Origin: Candidatus Nitrosomirales archaeon
GTDB lineage: Archaea; Thermoproteota; Nitrososphaeria; Nitrososphaerales; UBA213
Assembly: GCA_049199595.1 (NCBI GenBank)
Contig: JBMCYV010000004.1
Location: 32,350-96,349, forward strand
Direction: 5' to 3'
Length of the DNA: 64,000 nucleotides
The notes under the pieces were generated by a model that was not told the origin of the DNA, made no database searches, and worked only from the letters and a program-made list of their open reading frames with translations. Positions 18,964 through 27,909 of this stretch are shown piece after piece (position 1 is the first letter of the stretch; every line of letters starts with the position of its first letter). Position numbers and translations under genes: made by a program.

Positions 18964-19605
18964 TCATGAAGATTGGATTACATGTTTTAGCTCTGCCAGC
19001 GAATGTATGATATTCTCTCCATCATTCTTTCGCTCCCTATCTATGAGCAACGCGTTTACACCTACAGACATGGGAATCTCTACATCGTTTGCTAGATCAT
19101 CGCCTATATGCAGCATCTGTTCTGGTTCGACGGCCATTTCTTTACAGATGCCCAAATAGAACTCCTTGCTTTTCACCATATTAGCAAAATCAGATACAGC
19201 AGAGAAGGTTTCCGTTAGAAAATGTTTGGATTGGTTTAACACATCAAGTTTGTGTTCAAGTATTATTCTAGGGTTATTAGTAGATATTATAACTGTATGA
19301 TTCCTGCTGAAATCACTAAGCATGTGAAGATCGTCATAAACGCCGTCAGCATAATTTACCCTCTTCAGTACTTCCCTAATATTGGCAGTAAGACCAAACT
19401 TTTCAAACCAGTATTCCGGAATATACCATCGAGGATCGGAAGGGCCAATGCTGTCGTATGCATCAAGTATGAATTTCTGCGCATTTTCAAAACTGATCTT
19501 CTTGCTTTCTGCATAAAGTTCCGGTACGAGCTCATTCCAGAAGATATCATCGAACCCTTTCTTTATGAGCGTGCCGTCGAGATCGAATGATATTACTCTT
19601 AGCAC
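18964..19605 (-). CDS. HAD-superfamily hydrolase
   Basis: N-terminal ISFDLDGTL (DxDxT), IISTN, GDDLANDV. GTG start overlaps the stop of the upstream NTPase gene by 7 nt. Confidence 0.75.
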   Translation of the reverse strand: MLRVISFDLDGTLIKKGFDDIFWNELVPELYAESKKISFENAQKFILDAYDSIGPSDPRWYIPEYWFEKFGLTANIREVLKRVNYADGVYDDLHMLSDFSRNHTVIISTNNPRIILEHKLDVLNQSKHFLTETFSAVSDFANMVKSKEFYLGICKEMAVEPEQMLHIGDDLANDVEIPMSVGVNALLIDRERKNDGENIIHSLAELKHVIQSS

Positions 19606-21209
19606 AGGAGCACTGCTTTTGCGAGCATCAATGCCCTGTCGGAATCACTTTCCACTATATCTTCGTTTTTGTATTTCTTGTTAAAGTATATCAGGTCGAT
19701 CATCTTGCATCGATCCATGTTCACTACAGTTGTGCCGCTACCACCTTCAGTATTAGCATTTGTAAGCACAACGAACTTGTCCACATCAAGGCCATTTGTC
19801 TGTGATATCTTCTCTATGCTCTTGCCATGATCCTTGTTTATTACTACAGAAACAGCTACCTTTCCTCCATTTGAATCACTGTATACTGCATCGACATTGT
19901 TACCGTTGGGCTGTTCAGGTTTCGAAACCCTTCCTTGCTCATGTGCAAACATAACCAAACTCTTCACAGCATCCTTGACATTATCCTCCAAGGCATCACC
20001 GTCAGCACACTCTCTCCTTATCTTTATGAACTCGGAGATAGGCACGTTCATGATGCTACCTCTGACTCTCAAGCCGGGATATGCCTGCTTTATAGTCTCA
20101 TCAAGTGAATCCTCAGTAATAGTACCAGAGTTCTCCCTGCTAGCTATTTCCATAGCATGGTACATTATGTTCAGCATAGACCGTATGTTTCTGAACTCTT
20201 GGAATTCGTCGTAGATAACCCTGATCTTGCTGATTATGTCGTTTTCGTATGTTGCAAACCTTATGTCCTTGGCAGTGTGCCTTATGTATTCCAATACTAT
20301 ATCGGAAACTTCGTCAAATCTGCTGGAACCTGCAAGATCGATCTTGTAGTTAGCCTTCTCTAGTCTGTCAAACGCAGATGTATTTGCATTTCTGACATCG
20401 TCATATAATGACGGCGTCGTTACCAATAGCAGTATAGTAGATGGCAGATGTGCGTTTATTACAGCTTTTACGAAATCTATGGAATCGGGGTTGGAATCAA
20501 ATTCGTCAATTTCCAACATAGTTACCTTCCCCAGAAATCTAAAGTTCAGTCTAGCTATTGCGGTTAGAGTTGCTAGCATGACTTCTAATCCATTGATATC
20601 TGATATGTTAGCAAAATCATTATACACGGCCTTCTTTATCACTCTGCGCTCATCGATGCTGAAATCTCCAATCAACAGCTCGTTCAGAGCTCGTATATCT
20701 GGGTCCCTTTTTCCGCTAATAACTTCAGCGGCCAGATCAGCTACATTCTTCCCTCCAAATATTGAAGGTCTGAAGAACTTCTTTGCCGCCTTATCACCAT
20801 CAAATGCCCTTTGCGTTATGTATTCTAAGATTGCTGCTTTGAACTCCTTAAGGTATTGATCACTGAAGCCTGCAAGTAGGGCGGCATAAAGACTTTGTAA
20901 GTTCTTTGGAGATATAGTGCTAAGATCGGCATAAGAGCACACAGTATCTGTTTGTGTTGATTTTATGTGTAGTGAAAGGTGTGTCTTACCCGCGCCTACA
21001 TCCTGAATGACTGTTATTAGCCTGAAATCTTTTTCACTAGCATTCCTTGCGTTCGAAACCTTGCTCTTAAGTTCGCTAATGCAGTTAAGTACTGCTTTTT
21101 TGGCATCCTTGTGCCGAGTACCTCCCAGCACCTTGGCATCCATGAGCGTTGGTGTAGGACTGCTCGGAAACGGGTTCTGTGGTAAATTATATGGGTACAT
21201 TAGATACAC
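19599..21209 (-). CDS. P-loop NTPase (ORC/AAA-like N-terminus) with Mrr-like PD-(D/E)xK-type C-terminal domain; function unknown
   Basis: 536 aa. Walker A DVGAGKTH at about aa 70. Walker B MLEIDEFD. C-terminal NVDAVYSD...VAVSVVINK...KFVVLTNANT resembles the Mrr catalytic-domain pattern. 10-nt overlap with the upstream gene. Confidence 0.7.
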   Translation of the reverse strand: MYLMYPYNLPQNPFPSSPTPTLMDAKVLGGTRHKDAKKAVLNCISELKSKVSNARNASEKDFRLITVIQDVGAGKTHLSLHIKSTQTDTVCSYADLSTISPKNLQSLYAALLAGFSDQYLKEFKAAILEYITQRAFDGDKAAKKFFRPSIFGGKNVADLAAEVISGKRDPDIRALNELLIGDFSIDERRVIKKAVYNDFANISDINGLEVMLATLTAIARLNFRFLGKVTMLEIDEFDSNPDSIDFVKAVINAHLPSTILLLVTTPSLYDDVRNANTSAFDRLEKANYKIDLAGSSRFDEVSDIVLEYIRHTAKDIRFATYENDIISKIRVIYDEFQEFRNIRSMLNIMYHAMEIASRENSGTITEDSLDETIKQAYPGLRVRGSIMNVPISEFIKIRRECADGDALEDNVKDAVKSLVMFAHEQGRVSKPEQPNGNNVDAVYSDSNGGKVAVSVVINKDHGKSIEKISQTNGLDVDKFVVLTNANTEGGSGTTVVNMDRCKMIDLIYFNKKYKNEDIVESDSDRALMLAKAVLLC

Positions 21210-21955
21210 CTCACAAATCCGTGAACCATTCCTCGGACTATTACTCCCTCATTTCCTCCAGACGAGAGCTCGTAACTGTTGCTGAATTGATCGAATAGTT
21301 GTGAAGCGTTTGAGTAAAAGTTATACTTCGAGATATTGTATTTGTCGCAGATCCTCTGCCTTATCATAGCAAGTTCGACCCAACCGATCGATGTTGGTAT
21401 TTCTACTAGCGTTCTATCAAACTCCATCTTGAACTGATCAAGTGTTAAATTAGTTCCGTTATTAGCATCATTCTTTTGCGGCGTAGGAATCTTGACTTCC
21501 TTGACTATGTTGGCTACCTTGCGGTTCAATTCTGACGATACCTTTTCGTTAAAATCTACCGTCATGTTGGAGATCTTGCTGTTTAGATTACTGGTTACGT
21601 TAGAGACCTTCTTGTCTATCTCTGATGCTATGTTAGAAACCTTATTATCAATATCACCACTGATCCTTGAAATCTTGTTTGAAATCTTATTGTTGGTATT
21701 GGCGTACATATCATAAATCAGCTTGAACTTGGGATCGCTACTGACCAGTTTTTGCATGTAGTTATCCTTCGACCATAGGGTTACTATCCCGCGCTTGGTC
21801 TCCGCAAATATTTGGCCTTTGGAGAGAAGCTCCTCTATAGCTTTGCCTGATTTAGGACCAAATTCCCTTCTTAACTTGGTCTTTTTTATACCCTCCACGC
21901 CTGCAGATTCTACGCACTTGAGCAGCTTATCGTCGGACATGCCCCTAACTCGCAT
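21200..21955 (-). CDS. wHTH protein with central 11-residue repeat array; function unknown
   Basis: 251 aa. N-terminal wHTH-like segment (LLKCVESAGVEGIKKTKLRREF...), six 11-aa repeats (consensus xxxNKVSNIxx), unique C-terminal domain. Confidence 0.7.
   Translation of the reverse strand: MRVRGMSDDKLLKCVESAGVEGIKKTKLRREFGPKSGKAIEELLSKGQIFAETKRGIVTLWSKDNYMQKLVSSDPKFKLIYDMYANTNNKISNKISRISGDIDNKVSNIASEIDKKVSNVTSNLNSKISNMTVDFNEKVSSELNRKVANIVKEVKIPTPQKNDANNGTNLTLDQFKMEFDRTLVEIPTSIGWVELAMIRQRICDKYNISKYNFYSNASQLFDQFSNSYELSSGGNEGVIVRGMVHGFVRCI
21494..21694. repeat. 33-bp periodic coding repeat (about 6 units)
   Basis: The DNA shows repeated gttaga(g/a)acctt... units that encode NKISRISGDID / NKVSNIASEID / KKVSNVTSNLN / SKISNMTVDFN / EKVSSELNRKV. 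Confidence 0.7.
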
Positions 21956-22023
21956 TATAAATTATTTATGCAAAGGTGTCATATCTCGTGGACTAATCGT
22001 TAATAATTTTTGCATTATGAGAA

Positions 22024-22391
22024 TTAAATGTCGTGTGGCTGCGGCTTCACTTCGTACCTAGATTTGAAAGCCAGAGCGATCAGACCAGCTACGCTGCCAA
22101 GCACTGCGCCAACGAAATTCGTACGTACGAATATTATACTTATTATTGACAGTACGAGCACCAGCGTTCCCCAAGTGCGTGAATGTACTGGCGCATGAAA
22201 CATGGCAAAACCAAACGATACTACTATGAAACCAGTAAAACAAGACCAACGAATATGCTGTCAACATGCATAAGCAACATGTTCGTTCCTGCCTGATCAA
22301 CATTCTGCATCGAAATTATCGAGGCTGCCATAGTACTTGAACCTGCTATAATAGACATCACCATCGCTGTGAAGGGCTTCTCATGAGGCAT
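22024..22391 (-). pseudogene. frameshifted small membrane protein gene (or sequencing error)
   Basis: One frame gives MPHEKPFTAMVMSIIAGSS...HVDSIFVGLVLLVS* (stop 22224). A second frame continues hydrophobic: ...FIVVSFGFAMFHAPVHSRTWGTLVLVLSIISIIFVRTNFVGAVLGSVAGLIALAFKSRYEVKPQPHDI* (stop 22024). The switch lies near an A4 run at 22237-22240. Confidence 0.4.
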
Positions 22392-22508
22392 TACGCTAGC
22401 TTGCTCTGCTATGGCTGCGAACTTTAACCCCTCTCATGGAATATTATATTGCTGGCAAATTATATGGTTTAAAAATTTAATATATACAACACGATAATAT
22501 TTTGAGAG

Positions 22509-22748
22509 ATGGCAAAAAAGAGTAAGGAGTACATTCATACGGTAACAAGACTAGGTACAGTCACAATCCCGATCCCTATAAGAAGAAAGTATGGTATAAC
22601 GAAAGGTTCCAAGGTAATGTTTGTTGAGACTGATGATGTAATCCAGTTGGTGCCATTGACATCGATAAAAAACCTGTTTGGAGCCGATAGTGAAAAAGAG
22701 AGTGTCATTCATGGCATGATACGGGAAATCCTCAACGAGAGGAAGTAG
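22509..22748 (+). CDS. vapB: AbrB/SpoVT-type antitoxin (VapB-like)
   Basis: 79 aa. VTRLGTVTIPIPIRRKYGITKGSKVMFVE swapped-hairpin motif. Its stop abuts the vapC start. Confidence 0.85.
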   Translation: MAKKSKEYIHTVTRLGTVTIPIPIRRKYGITKGSKVMFVETDDVIQLVPLTSIKNLFGADSEKESVIHGMIREILNERK

Positions 22749-23162
22749 ATGGCAACGCCAAGAACATTTGTGCTAGATTCTTCAATACTGCTGCTTTACT
22801 TTGCTGGCGACAAAAGAGTTGAAGAACTTGTAAACAAGATCAATGATGGTATAGGAGATGGCTATATGCTTGAATTGTGCCTGTCAGAACTTTTCACGAA
22901 ATTGGAAGAAAGATTTGGTTACGCTGTAGCGAGTAAAAGACTGGAGGCTGTAAAGAATTCAAGGATCAAAGTAAGGGGTGTTGATTACGATCTGATGAAG
23001 ATTGCAGGACAGATCAAATCCACGCACAAAGGGAAGCTTTCAATGGTAGCTGCGTACATGATTGCGTTGGCAAAGAACCTTAACGCCGTTTTGGTGACAA
23101 GTGATGACAGCATTGCAAAAACAGACGAAGTTAAAGTTGAATACGTAAGACCGAAAGGTTAG
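22749..23162 (+). CDS. vapC: PIN-domain toxin (VapC-like)
   Basis: 137 aa. Acidic residues in FVLDSS, ELCLSE and VTSDD, spaced as in PIN domains. Confidence 0.88.
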   Translation: MATPRTFVLDSSILLLYFAGDKRVEELVNKINDGIGDGYMLELCLSELFTKLEERFGYAVASKRLEAVKNSRIKVRGVDYDLMKIAGQIKSTHKGKLSMVAAYMIALAKNLNAVLVTSDDSIAKTDEVKVEYVRPKG

Positions 23163-25177
23163 ATCTTCTCTTCGCCTTCGAAATTTTCGAATTCCTGCAA
23201 TCTCTCCTTTCCCCTCTTCATTACCGTGAATATCATGAGCAAGACGCCTATCCATATGGCGCTCATTATCACGTTCTGGAAGCTGACATAAACATACGGC
23301 TGCGCTTCAAGTATAGCTTCCTCCAGCCAAGTCAGCCCTTCCCTCACATCTAAAAGTCCGGTGTTGAATTCTTCGCTATCTCTAGGCAGAGTCGATAACG
23401 TTCTGAGCCTGTCCATCATTCCATCGATGTTCTTCTGCATTACGCCAAAGTCCGTCTCTGCAGTAGGAAACGCCCATACAGGATTACCTTCCTTAGGAAC
23501 CAATGGCTTTACACTAGCCATATAGTCAAGCATCTCTTCTGGCACAGAAGATGCCTTTGCAGCATTCACGTAACCTCTGGCCTTGTCCAGAGGATATACT
23601 GTTGTGCTGTAACCAATGTAGGCCATGGTAACACCGAATATTAGAAATCCAAGTATGCCAACCATCACTGCTTTGTAATGCTTTGCGACCACCCTTCGAT
23701 CCCTGCTCCTACTTTTAGGTTTGGTATTGTGCCCATTTTTAAATGTTGAATGCACTATGCTGAGGTAAGATATGTAGATGAAGCCTAACGTCTGCAGTGC
23801 CAGTATTGGAACGTAGATAGGGTTACCGCTGAATATGGATATGAATATGCCAAGTATACCATAGGCACCGAAGAACATCTCCAGCAGTGTTGTCTTAGTG
23901 AATGGCAACGCGTATGACTTGTCTCTCCAATCCTCTCCCTTCTTGGTTATGCCGAACTTTGGTGTTCGCAGAAATTCAGGTCTGCCACCATTCATCGCGT
24001 CAAATACCCCTATGGTATTGTTAACAGATATTCCAGTTGCGAACAGAATCAAGTATACATATGCTTTAGCCTTGGTCATCCATGACTGCTGCCAGAGCCG
24101 TTTTATCACGTAGATGTAAAACGCTGGTCCGAATAGTATGTAAGCAACCAAAGCTGTTATCGGATATATACTGACAGGGTAAAGCTTGAAGTCCATTGCA
24201 AGCAGCAAGGGAAGCAGCAAGAACTGCAGCAACATCAATGGGTGTACGATATGTCTTGTTAATTGTATAAAGGCCTGTATCTTGGTGTCTGCCTGCAGCT
24301 TTCTGTGCATTACAATATCGCCAGCAAGTTTTATTGCGCATTGTATCGAACCCTTTGCCCATCGATACTGCTGCCTTTTTGCAGCGTTTATCTGCACGGG
24401 TAATTCGGCATTGCAAACAACATTTTCAAGAAACATACAGCGCCAGCCCTTCATCTGTGCTCTATAACTTAGATCAAGATCTTCAACAAGCGTGTTCATG
24501 TGCCAGCCTCCAGCGTCATCGATGCACGTTCTTCGCCATATACCAGCAGTACCGTTGAAGTTCATGAAAAGATGTGTTAGGCTCTTTGCTTTCTGCTCTA
24601 TGAGAAAATGAAAGTCAAGGCTCAGTGCTTGAGCCTGTGTAAGGGCCGAATAGTTCTCGTTGAGATGACCCCACCTACACTGCACCATCCCAATCCTTTC
24701 AGACGAAAATGATGTCATGGCTTTCTTGAAGAACCAACTAGGAGGAACAAAGTCAGCGTCAAAGATCGCTACAAATTCGCCCTTTGCGCTCTTGAGACCC
24801 TCCTTTAACGCACCGGCTTTGTAGCCCCTTCTATCCTTTCTCGTTACATGCTCAATGTCATAACCCTGTGACTTGTACTGCTGAACCATGTTTCTGCAGA
24901 TCTCTCTGGTATCATCTGTAGAATCATCGAGAACTTGGATCTGCAATCTATCCTTTGGATAGTCCATCGCACATACTGACTGTATCAGTCTAGCTGCAAC
25001 ATATCTTTCGTTAAAGATGGGTAATTGTACTGTAACTGTTGGAAAGCCGTTCTCAACTGGTCTAACACGTAGCCTATTTTTCAAAGAACGATAAACAAGG
25101 TAGTAAAAGTTAAAGCTGTAGAGCGACATTACCCAAGAGATCGTTATGAAAACAACGAAGGTTATATACCCCAGCAT
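23159..25177 (-). CDS. processive family-2 glycosyltransferase (cellulose/hyaluronan-synthase-like) with extended C-terminal domain
   Basis: 672 aa. VLDDSTDDT, FDADF, TEDxD-like VEDLDLS, QQYRWAKG (QxxRW). Multiple TM helices, then about 170 aa of additional C-terminal sequence ending in a TM helix. Confidence 0.88.
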   Translation of the reverse strand: MLGYITFVVFITISWVMSLYSFNFYYLVYRSLKNRLRVRPVENGFPTVTVQLPIFNERYVAARLIQSVCAMDYPKDRLQIQVLDDSTDDTREICRNMVQQYKSQGYDIEHVTRKDRRGYKAGALKEGLKSAKGEFVAIFDADFVPPSWFFKKAMTSFSSERIGMVQCRWGHLNENYSALTQAQALSLDFHFLIEQKAKSLTHLFMNFNGTAGIWRRTCIDDAGGWHMNTLVEDLDLSYRAQMKGWRCMFLENVVCNAELPVQINAAKRQQYRWAKGSIQCAIKLAGDIVMHRKLQADTKIQAFIQLTRHIVHPLMLLQFLLLPLLLAMDFKLYPVSIYPITALVAYILFGPAFYIYVIKRLWQQSWMTKAKAYVYLILFATGISVNNTIGVFDAMNGGRPEFLRTPKFGITKKGEDWRDKSYALPFTKTTLLEMFFGAYGILGIFISIFSGNPIYVPILALQTLGFIYISYLSIVHSTFKNGHNTKPKSRSRDRRVVAKHYKAVMVGILGFLIFGVTMAYIGYSTTVYPLDKARGYVNAAKASSVPEEMLDYMASVKPLVPKEGNPVWAFPTAETDFGVMQKNIDGMMDRLRTLSTLPRDSEEFNTGLLDVREGLTWLEEAILEAQPYVYVSFQNVIMSAIWIGVLLMIFTVMKRGKERLQEFENFEGEEKI

Positions 25178-25344
25178 TCGGCTATGATCTCTCTTGTAAT
25201 TATATATACTATTTTGCTATGAATCTCGCAAATCGCACACAACCAAGAAGAGTCGGTCTACTTTACGAAAGGATGGCACATCTTATCCTAGCAGCAATGA
25301 CATATCTGTATATTCAGTAATGGGGTCCAAAAATCCTTACTTTC

Positions 25345-25644
25345 TCAATCAGGACAGGTTTCTTCCCTGATCTTTCTATAGCGTTCTTCCATCTCCATCG
25401 CTTTCTTCAGCACATCTTCGAAGGAAAACCTTGACTTGGGAAAGTACCACCTGATACCTACCTTGTGACCTATACCGTCCACGTCATAGATCATGCCTTT
25501 GTCTGCTTCTGCACCAAATTTTTCGTCAAGCGACTTTTCTACAAGGGTCAGACCGCGCTTGGTCTTGTCTTCTAGCAACAAAGCAGAATCAGCATCATAA
25601 ATAAAGAAAAATTGGCCTTTTTTTAGCAGCTTCTCTTCCATCAC
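25345..25644 (-). CDS. hypothetical protein downstream of rhodanese
   Basis: Start set at the internal Met (MEEKLLKKGQFFFIYDAD...), which removes the overlap with the rhodanese gene. Confidence 0.5.
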   Translation of the reverse strand: MMEEKLLKKGQFFFIYDADSALLLEDKTKRGLTLVEKSLDEKFGAEADKGMIYDVDGIGHKVGIRWYFPKSRFSFEDVLKKAMEMEERYRKIREETCPD

Positions 25645-25646
25645 GT

Positions 25647-26495
25647 TCACTTTTCGATCGGGTTGCGTACCATGTTGCCCCATTCAGTCCATGAACCGTC
25701 GTAGTTCTTTACCCTTGGATATCCCAGCAGATATTTCAGCACGAACCATGTATGCGATGATCTTTCTCCAATTCTGCAGTATGCAATAACATTTTTGTCC
25801 TTCGTAACGCCTTTGGATTCGTATAGCTGTTTTAGTTCATCCACAGGTTTGAACGTACCGTCGTCCTTTACTGCTTGTGCCCACGGTATGTTCTTTGCAT
25901 CTGGAATATGTCCTCCTCTTTGCGCATGCTCCATCGGGTATTCAGGAGGTGCAGTTATTTCTCCAGTAAATTCTTTTGGCGATCTAACATCTACCAACGC
26001 AAAGCTCGGATCTTTTCCTTTAACTACATGCGTTACTTCTTGAAGGTAGGCTCTTAGATCTTCGTTTGGCGACTTGGCAGCATAATTGGTTCTCTGGAAC
26101 GTCGGTTCATCTTTAACGTATTGTCTCTTCTCTGCCTCCCACTTCTTTCTTCCGCCGTTCATTATCCTTATGTCCTGATGTCCGTAGTACTTGAAGACCC
26201 AGAACGCAAATGCTGCAAACCAGTTGTTAAAATCTCCGTACAGCACCAGAGTTGTGTCGGCATTAACACTCAGTCTTCTCATCAGCTCCTCGAACAGCTG
26301 TCTGTTAATTATGTCTCTGGCAATGGGATCATTGATGTCCTTCTTCCACCAGGCTAGCCCCGCATTCTTAATGTGTCCTTGGTTGTAAGCGTTTTCGGGA
26401 TCGTAGTCGACTTCGATTACTCTTACTTTTGGGTCGTTGATGTGGTCAGCAACCCAGTTTGTCTCAACTAATACTTCAGGATGTGCGTAGCTCAT
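25647..26495 (-). CDS. sseA: thiosulfate/3-mercaptopyruvate sulfurtransferase (two-domain rhodanese)
   Basis: 282 aa. Tandem rhodanese domains. Active-site loop CRIGERSS. Confidence 0.88.
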   Translation of the reverse strand: MSYAHPEVLVETNWVADHINDPKVRVIEVDYDPENAYNQGHIKNAGLAWWKKDINDPIARDIINRQLFEELMRRLSVNADTTLVLYGDFNNWFAAFAFWVFKYYGHQDIRIMNGGRKKWEAEKRQYVKDEPTFQRTNYAAKSPNEDLRAYLQEVTHVVKGKDPSFALVDVRSPKEFTGEITAPPEYPMEHAQRGGHIPDAKNIPWAQAVKDDGTFKPVDELKQLYESKGVTKDKNVIAYCRIGERSSHTWFVLKYLLGYPRVKNYDGSWTEWGNMVRNPIEK

Positions 26496-26588
26496 ACAGA
26501 TCTCTCGTACGCTACGTGATATTTAAATCGTTATTCTGTCTCATGTTCGCTTCACAAATGGTTTTTATTTCAAGAACGCAAGATAATA

Positions 26589-27410
26589 TTGGCTATGACA
26601 ATGAAGAACATAGTTCTAGTTACTCGGTACGGCAGTCTCGAGGCTGAAAATACTGCAAATAAGGTTGCACAACTGTTGCATAAGAGAGGGGCTAATGTCT
26701 ACACTGTATCTCCATTATCATTAATGAATGCGAAGATGCTGGAATCAGAAGATGAGCTAAGGCGCACACCTCTTGACCTTGCCATTGCAGTTGGCGGCGA
26801 CGGTACGATGCTTAGAGCGGTTAGATGGTTAAGTAATTCCGTACCAGTTTTTGGCATCAGACTTCCTGGCAGCAGGGGGATCTTGGCCGAGACAACGCCA
26901 GACGAACTAGAATCAGCATTAGATAGAATATTTTCGAACTCGTTCTGCTTGGAGAAACGGATGAGGATCCATGCGGCAGTTGATGGTATAGAATACCCTC
27001 CTGCACTGAACGAAATCTTCATCAACAAGATCAATGTTACGCGTACTCCAACTTACACAATAAAATTTGCGCAGGATCAGTTGACGCAAAGAATGGATGG
27101 TGTTATGATAGCAACGCCAACTGGATCTACTGGTTATTCATTTTCCTCCGGCGGTCCCGTATTGCACGAAAATCTGAATGTATTGGTTATAACGCCGTTG
27201 AGTCCTTTGAACAGAATGCCTCCCTTGGTTGTTCCTGTTGAGGCGATCGAAGTTAGGAGCAACTCAGATTCTAGCATTGTTGTTGATGGGCAATCAACTT
27301 TTGAAATAAGAAATGAGCAAGATATTAAAATAGCACGGTACAAGCATGATGCGGTATTCTTGCGCTTTGAAACTAAGGGCCTGAGGCAACTTGCAAAGCT
27401 CGGATTCTAG
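26589..27410 (+). CDS. nadK: NAD kinase
   Basis: GGDGT motif (VGGDGTMLRA), NE..I motif, TPTGSTGY. Confidence 0.9.
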   Translation: MAMTMKNIVLVTRYGSLEAENTANKVAQLLHKRGANVYTVSPLSLMNAKMLESEDELRRTPLDLAIAVGGDGTMLRAVRWLSNSVPVFGIRLPGSRGILAETTPDELESALDRIFSNSFCLEKRMRIHAAVDGIEYPPALNEIFINKINVTRTPTYTIKFAQDQLTQRMDGVMIATPTGSTGYSFSSGGPVLHENLNVLVITPLSPLNRMPPLVVPVEAIEVRSNSDSSIVVDGQSTFEIRNEQDIKIARYKHDAVFLRFETKGLRQLAKLGF

Positions 27411-27909
27411 CATCTTAGTTTTGGATGCGAGTGCGTTCTACGCTGGAATACCGTTTCTGGGTTCTAAATGTTATACAACTAATGATGTGTTTGATGAAGT
27501 GAAACATATCAAGAACTCTCATGAGGCGTTGGAAGCTTTGATCGATGCAGGTAATCTACAGATACTGGAACCTGAATCGAGTTATGTAAAAGATGCTAAC
27601 GAACTTGCAAGAAGAAGTGGTGATATTGGGAAGATGTCAAAGGCTGATCTTTCTGTGCTTGCGCTAGCTCTTCACTTTAAGAGATCCAAAAATGATCCAT
27701 CAGTGGTTACAGATGACTATGCTATTGCCAACACTCTTGAGATGGCTGGAATAAAGGTCTCATATGTGATGACGAAAGGTATACGGAAAGTGGGAAGATG
27801 GATAAAATACTGCAGTGCGTGTGGAAAATCATACGGTAGTGAAGAAAAAGTATGTGAAGTATGCGGGAATAAGCTGAGAATGAAACTTAAAGGATCAATA
27901 AAATGCTAA
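27391..27909 (+). CDS. nob1: Nob1-like endonuclease (PIN domain + zinc ribbon)
   Basis: N-terminal PIN (LVLDASAF ... TDDYAIAN) and C-terminal CSACGK...CEVCGN ribbon, which is the archaeal Nob1 architecture. Confidence 0.8.
   Translation: MQSSDSSILVLDASAFYAGIPFLGSKCYTTNDVFDEVKHIKNSHEALEALIDAGNLQILEPESSYVKDANELARRSGDIGKMSKADLSVLALALHFKRSKNDPSVVTDDYAIANTLEMAGIKVSYVMTKGIRKVGRWIKYCSACGKSYGSEEKVCEVCGNKLRMKLKGSIKC

Noticed and set aside
22058-22303. 81-aa minus-strand ORF from the track.
   Set aside because: It is rich in Cys, Trp and Arg with no membrane or globular character. The other two frames encode continuous hydrophobic sequence, which fits a frameshifted membrane protein gene.
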